Source: Felis catus
Lineage: Eukaryota
Assembly: GCF_018350175.1 (NCBI RefSeq)
Contig: NC_058368.1
Coordinates: 21,082,001-21,146,000 of the forward strand
Reading direction: 5' to 3'
Length of the DNA stretch: 64,000 bases
The translations under genes and the position numbers were made by a program. Below, in pieces: positions 1-12,950 of the stretch (positions are counted from its first letter, which is position 1; every line of letters starts with the position of its first letter). Under the pieces are notes generated by a model. It did not search any database. It saw only the letters and a list, made by a program, of their open reading frames with translations, and was not told where the DNA came from.

Positions 1-2920
1 TTGAAAATCAATAATTGATGCGTTCAACTCATGACATTATTTAAAAAGCTATAAAATAAGCCAATAAAGGGGAGACAAGGAAGAGAATATGAGTAAATAA
101 GAAATTAATCAAATAGAAAAAAAACAGTATCAACAAAATCAACTGCTCTTTCTTAGAATGGATAAATCTTTGGTGAGAAAGTAGAAGAGGAGAGAGTATA
201 TGCAGAATAAACAGTATTAGAAACGAAAAGAGAGTCAAAATAGAGATATTTTGTAAAGGTTTATGATACTGTAAGAGAATACCATGAACAAATTAACCAG
301 TAAGTTTTAAAAACTTAAATATAATGGACAGTTTCCTGGAAAAAGATTGCAATTTCCCAAAACTAACTCAAGAAGAGGCAGAAACGTGGAAGGGACATGC
401 ATCGTTTAAGGAAAGTGAATCAGAGTAGTTAAAAATTTTAAAGTATCCCATATAGACGCACCAAAGCATCAGAGTCAGACAGGTTTACAGTCATATTTTA
501 CCACGGCTTTAGTAATTTTATAATGTCTTCCTTATTCACACTATTCCAGGGGCTACCAGAGAGGAAAAGCTCTCCAATTCCTTTTATGAAGCTAGCAAAA
601 CCTTAATATCAAAACTAAATGAAAACAACATAAGAAAGTGAGATTACAGGCTTAATCACCTATATGGATATAGATCATATTTGTAAAACTTCAGCATATA
701 ATGCTAGCACAAAGCAAGCTTTAAATAGGAATGTGAGGATGATTTACATTTACTTAATATAAAATCTATTATGTGAACACTGTATTAATAAAGAAAAAAT
801 CTCAGTAGTTACAGAAAATTACATAATGAAAAAGTCAACATCCTTTCATAGTAAAGAGTTTTAATAAACTTGGAAGAAAAAAATATATTTCATCTAGAAA
901 AACTACAAAAATTAAGTGTCATACTTTGTAATCAATGACAGAAGCACCTGCTATAAAGTCAGGAATATAATAAAGATGCCTGCGATTAACACAACTATTC
1001 AACTTGTAACTGGAGGTCTTCATCAATTCCATAAAACAAGGGATAGAAAGAAGAAGAAATTGGAGGGGTGCTCAAAATTGTCATTAACTATAGAATACAT
1101 TATTGTCTACAGAAAAGCCAAAAGCATTCACAAACTTATAACCAATAAGAGAGTTTAGTAGAGTCACTGAATACATCAATGAATTAACAAAAAATCAATG
1201 AGATTCCCATGCACAAAAACTACCTATTAAAAATGTAAAAAAAAACTACCTTTTAAAAACTACCTATTAAAAAATGTCCAATTAAAACATCCATTCCATA
1301 ATAAATGGAAAAATCTTTTAAAATCTGATAAGTTCCTAGGAATAAATCTAACAAAAGCAGTATATTAACTGAAAGGCTAGAATTTTAATGAAGGATATAA
1401 CAGAATACTCAAGTAAATGGAAAGATATGTCATATTCATTTACCAGAAGGCTCTCAGCATAATAAAGATGTCAGTTCTTCTGAGATTAATCTGCAGATTC
1501 AAGGGAATCCCAACAAATATTACAGCTTGTCATGAAAACTGACAAGCTTTTCCTGAATTTTATTTAGGTGAGTAAAGTCAAAAATAGCTAAGACCTCCTT
1601 AAAGGAGATTAAAAAGGGGATTTCCTCCATCAGACACCAAAGCCACTCTAAGTCTGCAATCATTAAAACAACGTGCAAGAAGACTGACAGATAGGCCAAT
1701 GGAAAAGAATGGAGAGTTCAGAAATCAAAACTTGTTGAAGAAAATACCTTTATGACCTTGGGTAGGAGGTAATCTCTTAAAGAAGACATAATAAGCCCAA
1801 ACCTTAAAGGGGAAAATTGATCAATTCAACTACATTAAAAACAAACCTATATAATTAGAACACTATTTTTCAAAAGTCACAGACTAGGAGAAGAGAGTTA
1901 CAATCACTACAAATAAACAAAATATTAGTAATTAAAATATATAAATTACTTTTACATGAAGAAAAAGAAGGGCGCCTGGTTGGCTCACTCAGTTAAGCGC
2001 CCGATTTTGGCTCAGGTCATGATCTCGCGGTTCATGGGTTTGAGCTCCATGTCAGGCTCTGCACTGAGAGCATTGGAGCCTGTTTGGGATTTCTCTCTCC
2101 CTCTCTCTCTGCCCCTCCCCCATTCACATTCTCCCTCCCTCCCTCCCTCTCTCTCTCCCTCTCAAAGTAAACATTAAAAAAAAAAAATAGAAAGTAGACA
2201 AAGACGTCAACAGTCAACTCACAAAAGAGCCATGTGACTCACAAATACACATATAAAGGATGCCTAACTTTATGAATAATCAAGGACATGTAAATTAAAA
2301 CAACAATAAAATAGCATTTTATACTTTGAGATAAGAAAAAATTAAGAAGTCTGACAAGAGGTATGAGGGATGTGTAATAATGAAAATTCTACTGATGGAA
2401 TTTAAAATTTGTGTAAACATTTATTACAAGAGTAAACTGGCAATATCTAATAAAACTGGTGATGAATATACCCTACCAGCCAGGAATTCAAAGCCCAGAC
2501 ATGTATCCTAAAGCAACTCTAGCACATATCCGCAAGGAATCACACACAAGGAGGCTCAACCTTGTGGCCTCATTTGTAATAGTGAAAAAAAATGGAACTC
2601 CTTTTTTAATGTCTATTAGTCTTTATATGAATAAATAAATTGCAATGCATTTATTCAATAGTACATCAATCAGAAGTTAAAATGAGTTAACTAGATCTAC
2701 AAGTATCAACAAGGATACGTCAGAAACAAAAGAGAGAAAAAAGCAAGTACCATTTATGTCAAGGATGAAGCACATCACATGATGTTTTAGTGTTTACAGA
2801 CATAAATATGTATATGCATATGTATGGTAAATTTAAGGAAAGGATGAACACATGCTAACTTCAAGAAAGTATACCTCTGGCGAGGAAGGAAGGGAAATGG
2901 GAGACAAGGTGATAAAATTA
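1..2920 (+). mobile_element. Ancient degraded L1 (L1M-type) ORF2 and 3' region, interrupted by a CanSINE
   Basis: A-rich sequence with recognisable L1 ORF2 motifs (ctccaattccttttatgaagctagc, ggaataaatctaacaaaa, aaatggaaagatatgtcatattc); no long ORF. Confidence 0.8.
1970..2187 (+). mobile_element. Felid CanSINE
   Basis: gggcgcctggttggctcactcagttaagcg head, (CT)n tract, A tail. Confidence 0.95.
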
Positions 2921-2930
2921 GACACATGGC

Positions 2931-3290
2931 TGCTATGGACTGAATTGTGTCTCTCCGGAATTCGCAGGTTAAAGCCTTGATCCCCAGTGTGGCTATATTT
3001 GGAGACAGGGCTTCTAAGCCATAAGGGTGGGGTCCTATTAAATAGAATCAGTGTCCTTATAAGAAGAGACATGGAAGAACTCACACTCTCTCTCCATGTA
3101 CACGCCATTGAAAAAAGACCGAATGAGGACACAGTGAGAAGTCTGTAAACCAAAAAGAGTTCTCACCACAAACGGAATCAGGTGGCAGGTTGATTGGGAC
3201 CTCTAGCCTCCAGAACTGTGAGAAAATAAATTTCTGTTGTCTAAGTCACATGGTCTATGGTATTCTGTTACAATAGCCTGAGCCAATACA
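2931..3290 (+). mobile_element. MaLR solo LTR (MLT1A/B-like)
   Basis: Starts tgctatggactgaattgtgtc, contains cctccagaactgtgagaaaataaatttctgttgt, ends aataca; flanks atggc/atgga (4/5 match, 5-bp TSD). Confidence 0.9.
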
Positions 3291-3313
3291 ATGGAAAAAC
3301 ACTGAACTAGGTT

Positions 3314-3568
3314 GGGGTGCCTGGGTGGCTCAGTCGGTTAAGCATCTGACTTCAGCTCAGTTTGTGGGTTCTCTCAGTTGGTGATCTCTCAGTTTGTGGG
3401 TTCAAGCCCTCCACTTGGGCTATGTGCAAACAGCTCAGATCCTGGAGCCTGCTTCGGATTCTGTGCCTCACTCCCTCTCTGCCCCTCCCCCAGTCTCTTT
3501 CCCTCTCTCTCTCTCTCTCTCTCTCTCTCAAAAAATAAATAAACATTAAAAAAATTTTAAATAAAAAA
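3314..3568 (+). mobile_element. Felid CanSINE
   Basis: ggggtgcctgggtggctcagtcggttaagc head, (CT)n, A tail. Confidence 0.95.
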
Positions 3569-3827
3569 TATTAATGTAATGTATGTTAAATCTAAATAAT
3601 GACCATGTGAGTGTGTTATAATATTCTGTATGCAAAAAATAAAAAATAAAAAAAAATATTCTGTATGCTTTTTTTATTCTAAATATTCCCTTCACATATA
3701 CAGTCATTCTTTAATCTGACAGATGCCACAGGGAAAACATTAATTATTTTAATCACACTAGAAACAATGATACAGAACTAATTCATAATTCATAAAAGTT
3801 TTACATTTCAATAAGTAAAGGTTTCTT

Positions 3828-4060
3828 GGGGCACCTGGGTGGCGCAGTCGGTTAAGTGTCCGACTTCAGCCAGGTCACGATCTCGCGGTCCGTGAGTTCC
3901 AGCCCCGCATCAGGCTCTGGGCTGATGGCTCGGAGCCTGGAGCCTGTTTCCGATTCTGTGTCTCCCTCCCTCTCTGCCCCTCCCCCGTTCATGCTCTGTC
4001 TCTCTCTGTCCCAAAAAAAATAAATAAACGTTGAAAAAACATTTTTAATAAATAAATAAA
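3828..4060 (+). mobile_element. Young felid CanSINE (SINEC_Fc-like)
   Basis: CpG-retaining body; TSD taaaggtttctt at 3816-3827 and 4061-4072. Confidence 0.97.
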
Positions 4061-4616
4061 TAAAGGTTTCTTGAGGAGAAGGAGCACTTCTGCAAACTGG
4101 TGAGGTCATCCTGGATGCCACTGGAATCAGGACTGATGGGCACTCACGCCCCTCCCCCTGCACTGGGTCTCCTTGCCATCCAGCTGATAAATGCCCAACA
4201 GGATTGACACCATCATTAGGTTTTTGTTCCATGCCTTGAATTTTAGGAGACATGACAGTGCTGACCCGAAATACTGTCAATCGATCTCTTGACATGAGAG
4301 GAAGAAAGTCTAACCATGCTATTTTTCAAACAAGAAATAAACAAAGTGGTGCCTTGCTGTGTCTTACCTATTTGTCCACCGTGCCAAATACAGTGACACT
4401 AAACGGACATCAGAGCACGTTAGCATGATGCCTTGCACCTCATAAGCACTCAACACACATTTAATGAACCAGTAGTTTGTGTTTTTAATATTACCATTTG
4501 ATTTTCGTTCAGCATTTACAGGCTGCTTAAAAGCGTCTACACGAAACAGGACACCAACTAAACCAAGTATGTTTTGGATTGAAAATCATTGACACAGAAT
4601 GGAGACATGCTCTGTT

Positions 4617-5033
4617 CCAGTGGTTCTCAAACTTCACAGTCCATCAGGAATACCAGGAAGACTCACTGAAATAGATTTGAGTCCCATTCCCAAAATTTCT
4701 GGGATGTAACTAAAAAAATCAAATTTCGAATTTCTTCAAATTTCGAATTTCTACCAAGCTCCCAGGTGATGTTCATGCCACTGGTCTGGAGACTACATTT
4801 GATTTTTAAAAATTTTTTTAAATGTTTATTTATTTTTGACAGGCAGTGGGGGAGGGGCAGAGAGAGAGGGAGACACAGAATCCGAAGCAGGCTCCAGGCT
4901 CTAAGCTGTCAGCACAGAGCCCAACGTGGGGCTCGAACCCACAAACCATGAGATCATGACCTGAGCTGAAGTCGGATGCTTAACCCACTGAGCCACCCAG
5001 GCGCCCCTGGAGACTGCATTTTAATAACTACTG
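4617..5033. mobile_element. MER5A-like hAT MITE split by a CanSINE
   Basis: cagtggttctcaaactt start, atttctaccaagctcccaggtgatg internal, aactactgg end. Confidence 0.75.
4803..5007 (-). mobile_element. Felid CanSINE
   Basis: Reverse-complement SINE ending agccacccaggcgcccc; TSD tggagact(a/g)cattt. Confidence 0.95.
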
Positions 5034-5070
5034 GTCTAGGCCGTCAGAGGTGCCTGGAGAAAGTAAAGTA

Positions 5071-5418
5071 CAGTTGACCCTTGGAAAATGTAGGAATTAG
5101 AGGTGCTGACCCCTGCCTCGTGCAGTTGGAAATCTACATATAACTTGTGGCTTCCCAAAACTTAACTATTAATAGCCTATCATTAGCCAGAAGCCTCATC
5201 AATAACATAGTCAGTTAACACGTTTGGTATTTACATGTATTATACGCTGTATTCTTAACAAAGTAAGCTAAAGCAGCTAAAATAAGCTAAAGAAAATGTT
5301 AGTAAGAAAATCATAAGGAAGAGAAAATACATTTATAGTGCTGTACTATAGTTACCAAAAAAATCTGCATGTAAGTGAACCCATGCAGTTCAAACCCATA
5401 TTGTTCAAGGGTCAATTG
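5071..5418. mobile_element. Tigger2a/MER8-like Tc1-mariner non-autonomous element
   Basis: Terminal inverted repeats cagttgacccttggaaaa ... ttgttcaagggtcaattg with TA on both flanks (5069-5070, 5419-5420). Confidence 0.9.
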
Positions 5419-5578
5419 TACCATTTTAAAAATATAAATCTTACTTTATTCATATACATGCATACATACATATACTTTCATTATGCACACATATATGTAC
5501 ATATAATATTTTATATAACATACAGTACGATATAAAATAATATTAACTATAACAATCTTATTTTACTATACCCCTTAA

Positions 5579-5756
5579 TTTCTTTTTTTTTATTTATTTT
5601 TTAATATATGAAATTTATGGGCAAATTGGTTTCCATACAACACCCAGTGCTCATCCCAAAAGATGCCCTCTTCAACACCCGTCACCCACCCTCCTCTCCC
5701 TCCCACCCCCCACCAACCCTCAGTTTGTTCTCAGTTTTTAAGAGTCTCTTATGCTT
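5579..5756 (-). mobile_element. 5'-truncated felid L1 (3' UTR tip only)
   Basis: Reverse complement of the L1 3' end at 17950-18090; perfect 18-bp TSD ttttactataccccttaa (5561-5578, 5757-5774). Confidence 0.95.
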
Positions 5757-5809
5757 TTTTACTATACCCCTTAAATTACAAATTAATAAACCAAAAAGTA
5801 ATTGAGTTT

Positions 5810-6015
5810 TTTATTATATACAGGGCACTATGGTAATTGTATAAGATACATTACTTCCTTTAACCTTCACAGCAACTCTATAAGGTAAATACTATTATCC
5901 CTATTTTTACATATGAGTAAGTTGAGTCGCCGAGAGGTTAAGTGACCTGGGCAGCTAGAGTGGTGACACTAGAATCCGTACCCGAGTGGAACTCCAGAGC
6001 CCAAGCTCTCAACAT
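5810..6015 (-). mobile_element. MIR
   Basis: Core tattatccctatttttacatatgag...gagaggttaagtgacc. Confidence 0.75.
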
Positions 6016-6163
6016 TGCTTTTACCCCTGAGATAACAGGTGGGCTTCTGGACCTGGCATGAATCCACAAACTGGACACCATGTGCACACTAAAGCACCAA
6101 CAGTGGGAGCCATCACATTCATGTTGAGAGCCTGAGTACGGGAAAGAGCACTCCAGCACTTGC

Positions 6164-6173
6164 CTCCTTCCAC
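6164..6173 (-). other. Candidate 10-nt microexon GTGGAAGGAG with GC-type donor (alternatively a 149-nt exon ending at 6025)
   Basis: Minus strand: long pyrimidine tract then taatttcag|GTGGAAGGAG|gcaagt; no AG for 86 nt upstream of the acceptor. Confidence 0.4.
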
Positions 6174-7169
6174 CTGAAATTAACCATTCGCCCGACCAAG
6201 AAGAAAGAAGACAAGAAGAAACAAACCAAAGACATTAATAGAAGATCCAGGTGCCATATTCCTCTTGATCTCCCCAAACCACAAAACAAAGATTCCTATA
6301 CAATACATCCATTTCCCGCCTCAGTCCCAGTGGCATCATTTGAAAACACAATATGACTAAATTGCATTCTGGGGGGAAATATGGTAGCATCCTTTTGTTC
6401 TATTTTTTCCGGTTAGTGAGCTGCTTTGGGAACTTTTGAAGTCTTTCCACTTAAGGGGACAGAAGTGAACACAATTGTTCCTTAGTAGTCCATAAGTGTG
6501 CTGATGAAAAAGAAATGACGTAGCCTGCAGGTATGAAATGAGACTGACCCGGTCAGAAAGCTAGTAAAATTTCAAGAACAGAAAGACGGCGAAAATTGAG
6601 ACAGGCTGCTCTTTAAAAGGGAGGAGCGAAGTGTCATCTTTCTTTGTAAAGTTGATGGCGCATTCATTTTTCAGGCTTTTATAGTTTTACTTCAGTTTTA
6701 AAGAAGGAAAAAGTGAAAACATTAAAATACTAAATGGACAGAGCAGAACTTCCCATTAAAATAAACACACTCTGTTTTATTGTTTGGAAAACTCTAATGA
6801 GCTCCAGACTATTAACTGAATTCTGTCCTTTTTTCTTTCAAAAGAAGACATTGCTAGCACTTTTCTAGAAGTTAGGTTAAATTACTCTCTACTTAATTAA
6901 TCTTGAAATTACAAAATTAAAAGAAAACAATGCATCTTAGACTCCTGTGTGGTAATCTGCTTCCTTTTTTTCTGAAATATGAGGCTTTTAGCAATGTTAA
7001 CCTACATGGGACTATTGCCTCCGTCTACAGGGAGATCATTTTGCCTTTTGGCTGAGGATGTCAGCATAGTTGGTGCTGATCTTGTATATGTATTGGAGGC
7101 TGAGAAACCTGATATGTAATTGGCACTAACATTCACGCACGGCTCAGGATTAAACTTTAACTTCATCCT

Positions 7170-8700
7170 GGACGCCTTTTTCACACACTCTACTTGTAAT
7201 TGGTAAATCCTGTCAGCTATGCCTTCAAAATCCAACCCCTTCTCACCTCCTTAGCCACTTCCACCTTAGTTCAAGCCACTAGCATGTTTCACTTAAACTA
7301 CTGAATGAGGCTTCTTGCTTCTGTGGAATATTCTGTACATGAATGGTTAAAGTGACATAGCATCACCACACGGCGTGAAGCCTCCAATGGCTGCCCATCT
7401 CACTTGGGAAAAGAATCCAAAGTCATTACCAGAGCCCGTAAGGCTCTACTAGATCTGCCCCCACTTATCTCTCAGATGCTAATTCTTACATCTTTTTAAG
7501 TCCTTTGTGTCTGTTATACCAAAAGTTCCCCAGCAATAACGGTACCATTCCTTGCTCCATTCATTCTCCTTCTCTCATAGACAATTACATCACACCTTGT
7601 CTCTCCTCAAAACTCCAACAGGCCTCCTCCTTCCCACTCCCAGCTGATGGCCTTGCCCCCTCTTGTACTGAGAAAAGAGTAGCAACTAGAAGAGAGTTCC
7701 AGATGCTCCCACCTCTACTTTCACCCACTTACCAGCACGGGTGCCCATTTATTCTGCCCTCCCCATGGATGCACCGGCCAGGCTTCCATTTAAGAACGAG
7801 ATTTCTACTCATGCACTAGGCACCCTCCCACTCACCTCCGTTAATTCTCTCCTCTCATTTTGGTATCTATTTCCCCTTTCCTAGATTATTCTCATCAGCA
7901 TACAAGCATGCTGTAACTTCTACCTTCTTAAAATTTTTTTTAAAAATGCTCTTAACTCTTCTTCCCACATCTCCCACCCACCGCAGCAAAACTCCTCTAG
8001 AAAGACATCTGTACTTCCATTCCTCCCCTTCAGTACTGATCCCACTACAACTACTCAACACAAGTGTAAATCCAATGGTCATCTCTCACGCTGTTATCTT
8101 ATATCACCTATTAGCATCTGTTGGCACAGTGTATCACTCCCTCCTTCACTTACTACACTTGACTGACTATACACATTCTTCACTTGACATCAAGGATGCC
8201 ACACAATCCAAGTTCTGCTCCTGGCTAGTGCCTCCTTTCCTCGGCTCCCTCGTGCCTCGCTCACCCCTGAGCTAGGATTCTCTGACCTCATCTCCTACCA
8301 TGGCTCCCTCATTCACTTTCACCGGCCACACAAGTGGACTTCTTTGCTAACTGAAATACACCAGTTTAGAGCCCTTCTCCTTGCTCTTCTCTCTGCCTGC
8401 AGTGCTCCTCCGTCAGTTCCTTCAAGTTTTTGTTCAAATATCCTACAATTAATGTCACTGTCACTGATCACCCTATTTAAGCCTGTAATATCCACCATTC
8501 TGAAACTTCCCATTTCCTTTTCTTTTTCTCCAGGGCGCTTACCAAATTTAAACATACTACAAAATTTATTCAATTTATTTTAAGTCCTCCCTTTAGTCTG
8601 AATATGGTCACCTTGTCATTCACTTGATAGATACCTTTGATTCCAGATACCTGCCCACAGTAGGCATTCAGCAAATCATTGTCAAATTAATAAAGCTACA
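7170..8700 (+). mobile_element. L2 fragments
   Basis: Pyrimidine-rich L2 motifs (aaatcctgtcagc, cctccaatggctgcccatctcac, cacagtaggcattcagcaaat). Confidence 0.7.
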
Positions 8701-9859
8701 AGCCTCGGCTCCTAACATATAAGTTCAGACGGCTATCACTGCCAAAGACTGTATATTAAGCAACTGAGACCAACTTGGGACCCCAAATTCATGAACAAAA
8801 TATCCAATACCAAAACAAGCGTGATATTAAGGTCCCAACAGGTGGCTGAGAGCTGATTTGGCCAACAGACAGAACCATTTCCATGGTCATGTTGGGAAAG
8901 ACTTAGCATTTTTGGAAAGGGATGCCACTCAAATCATTAAAGGGGTTAGTACCTAAGATAACTAAATGGGTAGAGACAGTTGCCCCTTGAAATAAAGGAC
9001 CATATAGTAACTGGCCCTCGAAGGCTGTCGTCCCCACAAGTAGTTTGTCTTAAATTCTTCAGGTCTTAAAATAGACACAGTCATTTTACAGAAGCCCAAC
9101 TCAGAAATAATTTTAACATAACACAAGCAGCAGGACCATTTCATGCCAAACTAATGACTCGAGGACATGCGAGGCATGACTCCTCTGTACAAATCCACTT
9201 CAGAGCAGGGGTCAGAATCATTAAACTAATGTTAGACTGGAGTCCCTGGGCCCAGAGTACCCCATGACTCCAGAGGATTGGGATTTGTAAGAAAAATACT
9301 AAACGCAGAGACATGTATAAACACTTTAAAAGATTCTTTATACAAATGCCTTTTTGTCTGAAATCAAAACTCCAGAAAACAGAACTTTGGGTTCCTACTT
9401 TTAAAAGAAAACTAACCTTAGAAAGACATTTAAGAGTTAATTTTAAAAGAGAAAGAAAAAAAAAAAAAACAACCTTTCAAGATTAAGTTTGAAGACACCA
9501 CTGCTTGACTTTAACGAATGTTAATATTTAAATGTTCATTGTTAAGGTTTGGTCCCATTAAGACATTTTCTTAAAAATTCAAGTTTAGCAACTTCTGAGA
9601 GCTTTGATATTTGTGTGATGAGTAATCTACCCTCCCCCAACCCAGCCCAAAAAATGTCCCTTATTGAGGGCTGAGTTAGAGGTGAGTGACTATATCACCT
9701 GATCATATGATGTCAAGATACAGCCACAGAAAAGGGGATGACAGCCATATTCACTGAGGTTTAGTTTCTAATTTAAATACATGGCATGCTTGCAATAAGG
9801 AAGCTTATCCTACACAGAAATTAGCCAGCTCTTTACCAAATTGTTTCTGTCCTCCTTTG

Positions 9860-10200
9860 GCACACAACTATACTATATGTCTAGCGACCTTTGCAGGTAA
9901 GTATAACTGAGCTCTAGCCCCTGAAATGTGGGCAGGAGTGACGTATGTCACCCCTAGGCCGTAGCCTATAAAAGTATCTCCCCAAGAAATGCCAGCTTGA
10001 TGTAGATGACTGTGGCAACCTTGAAGGCTGTATGTCAAAGGTCGCAGAGCCACAGACGGAAGGAGCCCAGGAAGGAGTCCTTAATCACTACTTAGAAGAG
10101 AGCTGTCTTCTGAAAGGGAACCAATTTTCGATACTACATGGGTGACATAATAACACTTTTAAATTATTTTTTAAATATAGTAGCTCACATTACCTCAACA
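9860..10200 (+). mobile_element. MLT1J-like MaLR LTR fragment
   Basis: gaaatgtgggcaggagtgacgtatgtcacc...gcagagccacagacggaaggagcc. Confidence 0.65.
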
Positions 10201-10523
10201 AATATCCTATCTTAGTTCACAATAAGACTTGATGAATTAATTATTCATTAACTTAATAAGTTACTAATGACCAGTCGATTTTAAGTAAACAACTGTACGT
10301 CAATTTTTAACATCCATTGCCTCTACCATTCAAATCCAACAGGCTTGTAAAAGTTGTAAATAGCCTGATACCGGGATCCGCTTTTCAATATTAAAGGCCT
10401 TCAATGAGCTAAAATACATGAGACTTCCACAAATAAACTAAAACAAAGATTTTCGCTTGCTGTTGCTGCTGTTGAATGAAAAAATGCATAGTCTTTTTTT
10501 ACTCTAATCTAGCTTCCCCTTAC

Positions 10524-10530
10524 CTTGATG
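10524..10530 (-). other. Candidate 7-nt microexon CATCAAG
   Basis: Minus strand: tttacttctctttctcaattgttttttgttgcttttggcgtctccag|CATCAAG|gtaagg; 71-nt AG-free zone; UGC about 16 nt upstream of the AG. Confidence 0.5.
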
Positions 10531-10825
10531 CTGGAGACGCCAAAAGCAACAAAAAACAATTGAGAAAGAGAAGTAAACGAGTTTTCAGGAACAGGAGGGG
10601 GTCCTTGAGCAATGGGTCAGAACTGGGCAGGGTGAGGGAAGAAGTTTTAAATTCAAAATAAAATTGAAGTTCTAATTTTGCCAGGACAGGACTTTTAATG
10701 CCTGAAATTTTCTTAATGATCAAAATGAGGGAAAAGGGAACGAAAAAAGATGGGACGAGCAGAAAACAAATAGCAACGAGACAGATCCAAATCCAACCAT
10801 ATCCATAATCACATTACGAGCAATG

Positions 10826-11022
10826 TGATACTTTATGACACAGCATAAGGAATAAAGTCAGTAATATCGTAACAGCATCGTATGGTGCAAATGGTAGCCA
10901 CACTTGTGGTGAACATAACATAATGTATAAGCTTATTGAATCACTATGTTGTGCACCTGAAACTAATGTAATATTGTGTATCAACCATACTCAAATAAAA
11001 AAGAAACAAGAAAACAAAATAA
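10826..11022 (+). mobile_element. L1 3' end fragment (carnivore/laurasiatherian type)
   Basis: gaatcactatgttgtgcacctgaaactaatgtaatattgtgtatcaac followed by an A-rich tail. Confidence 0.8.
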
Positions 11023-11042
11023 GAAAAAATATAAATGGACAA

Positions 11043-12950
11043 AGAAAGAAATCAAAGAAGACACAAATAAATGGAAAGGTATCCCATATTCATGTATTAG
11101 AAGAATTAATATTGTTAAAATGTCAATACTCTCAAAAGCCATCTACAGATGCAATAGAATCTCTATTGAGATTTCAATGGCATTTTTTACAGAAGTAGAA
11201 AAAAAACCAAACACTGCTAAAATTTAAATGAACCATAAAAGACCCCAAATAGCCAAAGGAATGCTAAGAAAGTAGAACAAAGCAAGAAGTATCACAATGC
11301 CTGATTTCAAGCTATACTATAAAGCTATAGTCATCAAAACAGTATGGCACTGGCATAAAAATAGACACATAAACAAATGGAACACAAGAATCAAGAGGCC
11401 AGAAATAAACCCAAGCATATAAGGTCAACTAATATTTGACAAGAGAGCCAAAATATTCCACGGAGAAAAAACAGTCTCTTCAATAAAGGGTACTGAAATA
11501 ATTGGATATTCACATGTAAAGAATAAAAATGGACCCATGTCTTACACTACTTATAGAAATTAAATTGAAATGGAGTAAAGACTTAAATATAAGACCTGAA
11601 ACCATGAAATGCCTAGAAAAAACATAGGAACAAAGTTTCTTGACATGGGTCTTAATAATGATTTTTTTAATATGACACATAAAGCATAAGCAATAAAATA
11701 GAAAATGAACAAGTAGGACTACATCAAGCTAAAATGCTTCTGCACAGCAAAATAAACAATCAATAAAATGAAAATACAACTATGGAATGTGAAAAACTAT
11801 TTGTAAACCGTATATAAGATGGAGTTAATACCCAAAATATAGAAAGAACTCAGAACTCAATAGCACAGCAACAAAATAAAATAAATAAACAAAACACCCA
11901 ACTAAAAGATGGGCAAAGGACCTGGATAAACATTGCTATAAAGAATATATACAAAAGGTCAACAGGTACATGAAAAGGTGCTCAATATCACTAGTCATTA
12001 TGGAAATGCAAATTAAAACCACAATGAGATATCAACTCATACCTGTTCATATGGCCACCCTCAGAAAAACAAGAGAGAACAAATGCTGGTGTGGATATGG
12101 AGAAAGGGGAACCTTTGTTCACTGTTGATGGGATTATAAATTGGTTCAAGTACTATGGAAAATCATTTTAAAATGTAAAGTTAAAAAAAATGTAAATTGG
12201 TACAACCACTATGGAAAACCATTAAAACTACCATATTACCCAGCAATTCCACTTCTGGATATATATCTAAAGGAAACAAAAACACTAATACAAAAAGATT
12301 TGTACCCCCTTGTTCACAGCAGCATTATTTATAATAGCCAAGAAAATAAGAAAAGTGTCTATCTGTGGATGAATGGATATAGAAGATGTAGCATACATAT
12401 ATGCAATGTTATTCAGCCATAACAATAACTAAAAGTTACTATTCATAACAACATGGATGAACCTGGAGGGCATTATGATAAGTGAAATAAGTCGGAGAGA
12501 GCAAAACAAATACTGTCTGGTCTCACTTCTATGTGGAATCTGAAAACAAAAACAAAAACAAACTAACTAATAAAAAAAAAAAAAGCTCATATATATAGAG
12601 AACAGATTGGTGGTTGCCAAAGGTCAGGGGTGAGCAAAATAGGTGAAGGGAATCAAAAGTTACAAACTTCCATTTATAGAATACATTAGGGGTATTTAAT
12701 GTAAAGCATGGTGATTATAGTTAATAATACTGTATTCCACTTTTGAAAATTGCTAAGACAGTATATCTTAAAAGTTTTCATCACAAGAAACAAAAATGTG
12801 TAACTATATGTATGGTGATGGATGTTAAATAGACCTATTGTAGTGATCATTTTATAATATACATAAATACTGAATCATTATGTTATACATATGAAACTAT
12901 TATAATGTATGTCAACTGTACCTCAATTTTACAAAATTAAAACAAAGAAG
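11043..12950 (+). mobile_element. L1MA9-like element: 3' ORF2 plus 3' UTR
   Basis: ORF2 remnant [29 protein letters not shown]; 3' UTR ending tgtcaactgtacctcaat. Confidence 0.9.

Noticed and set aside
4148..4290. Possible minus-strand exon ending GGC|gtgagt
   Set aside because: The acceptor is a weak AAG and the peptide is unrecognised; support is insufficient.
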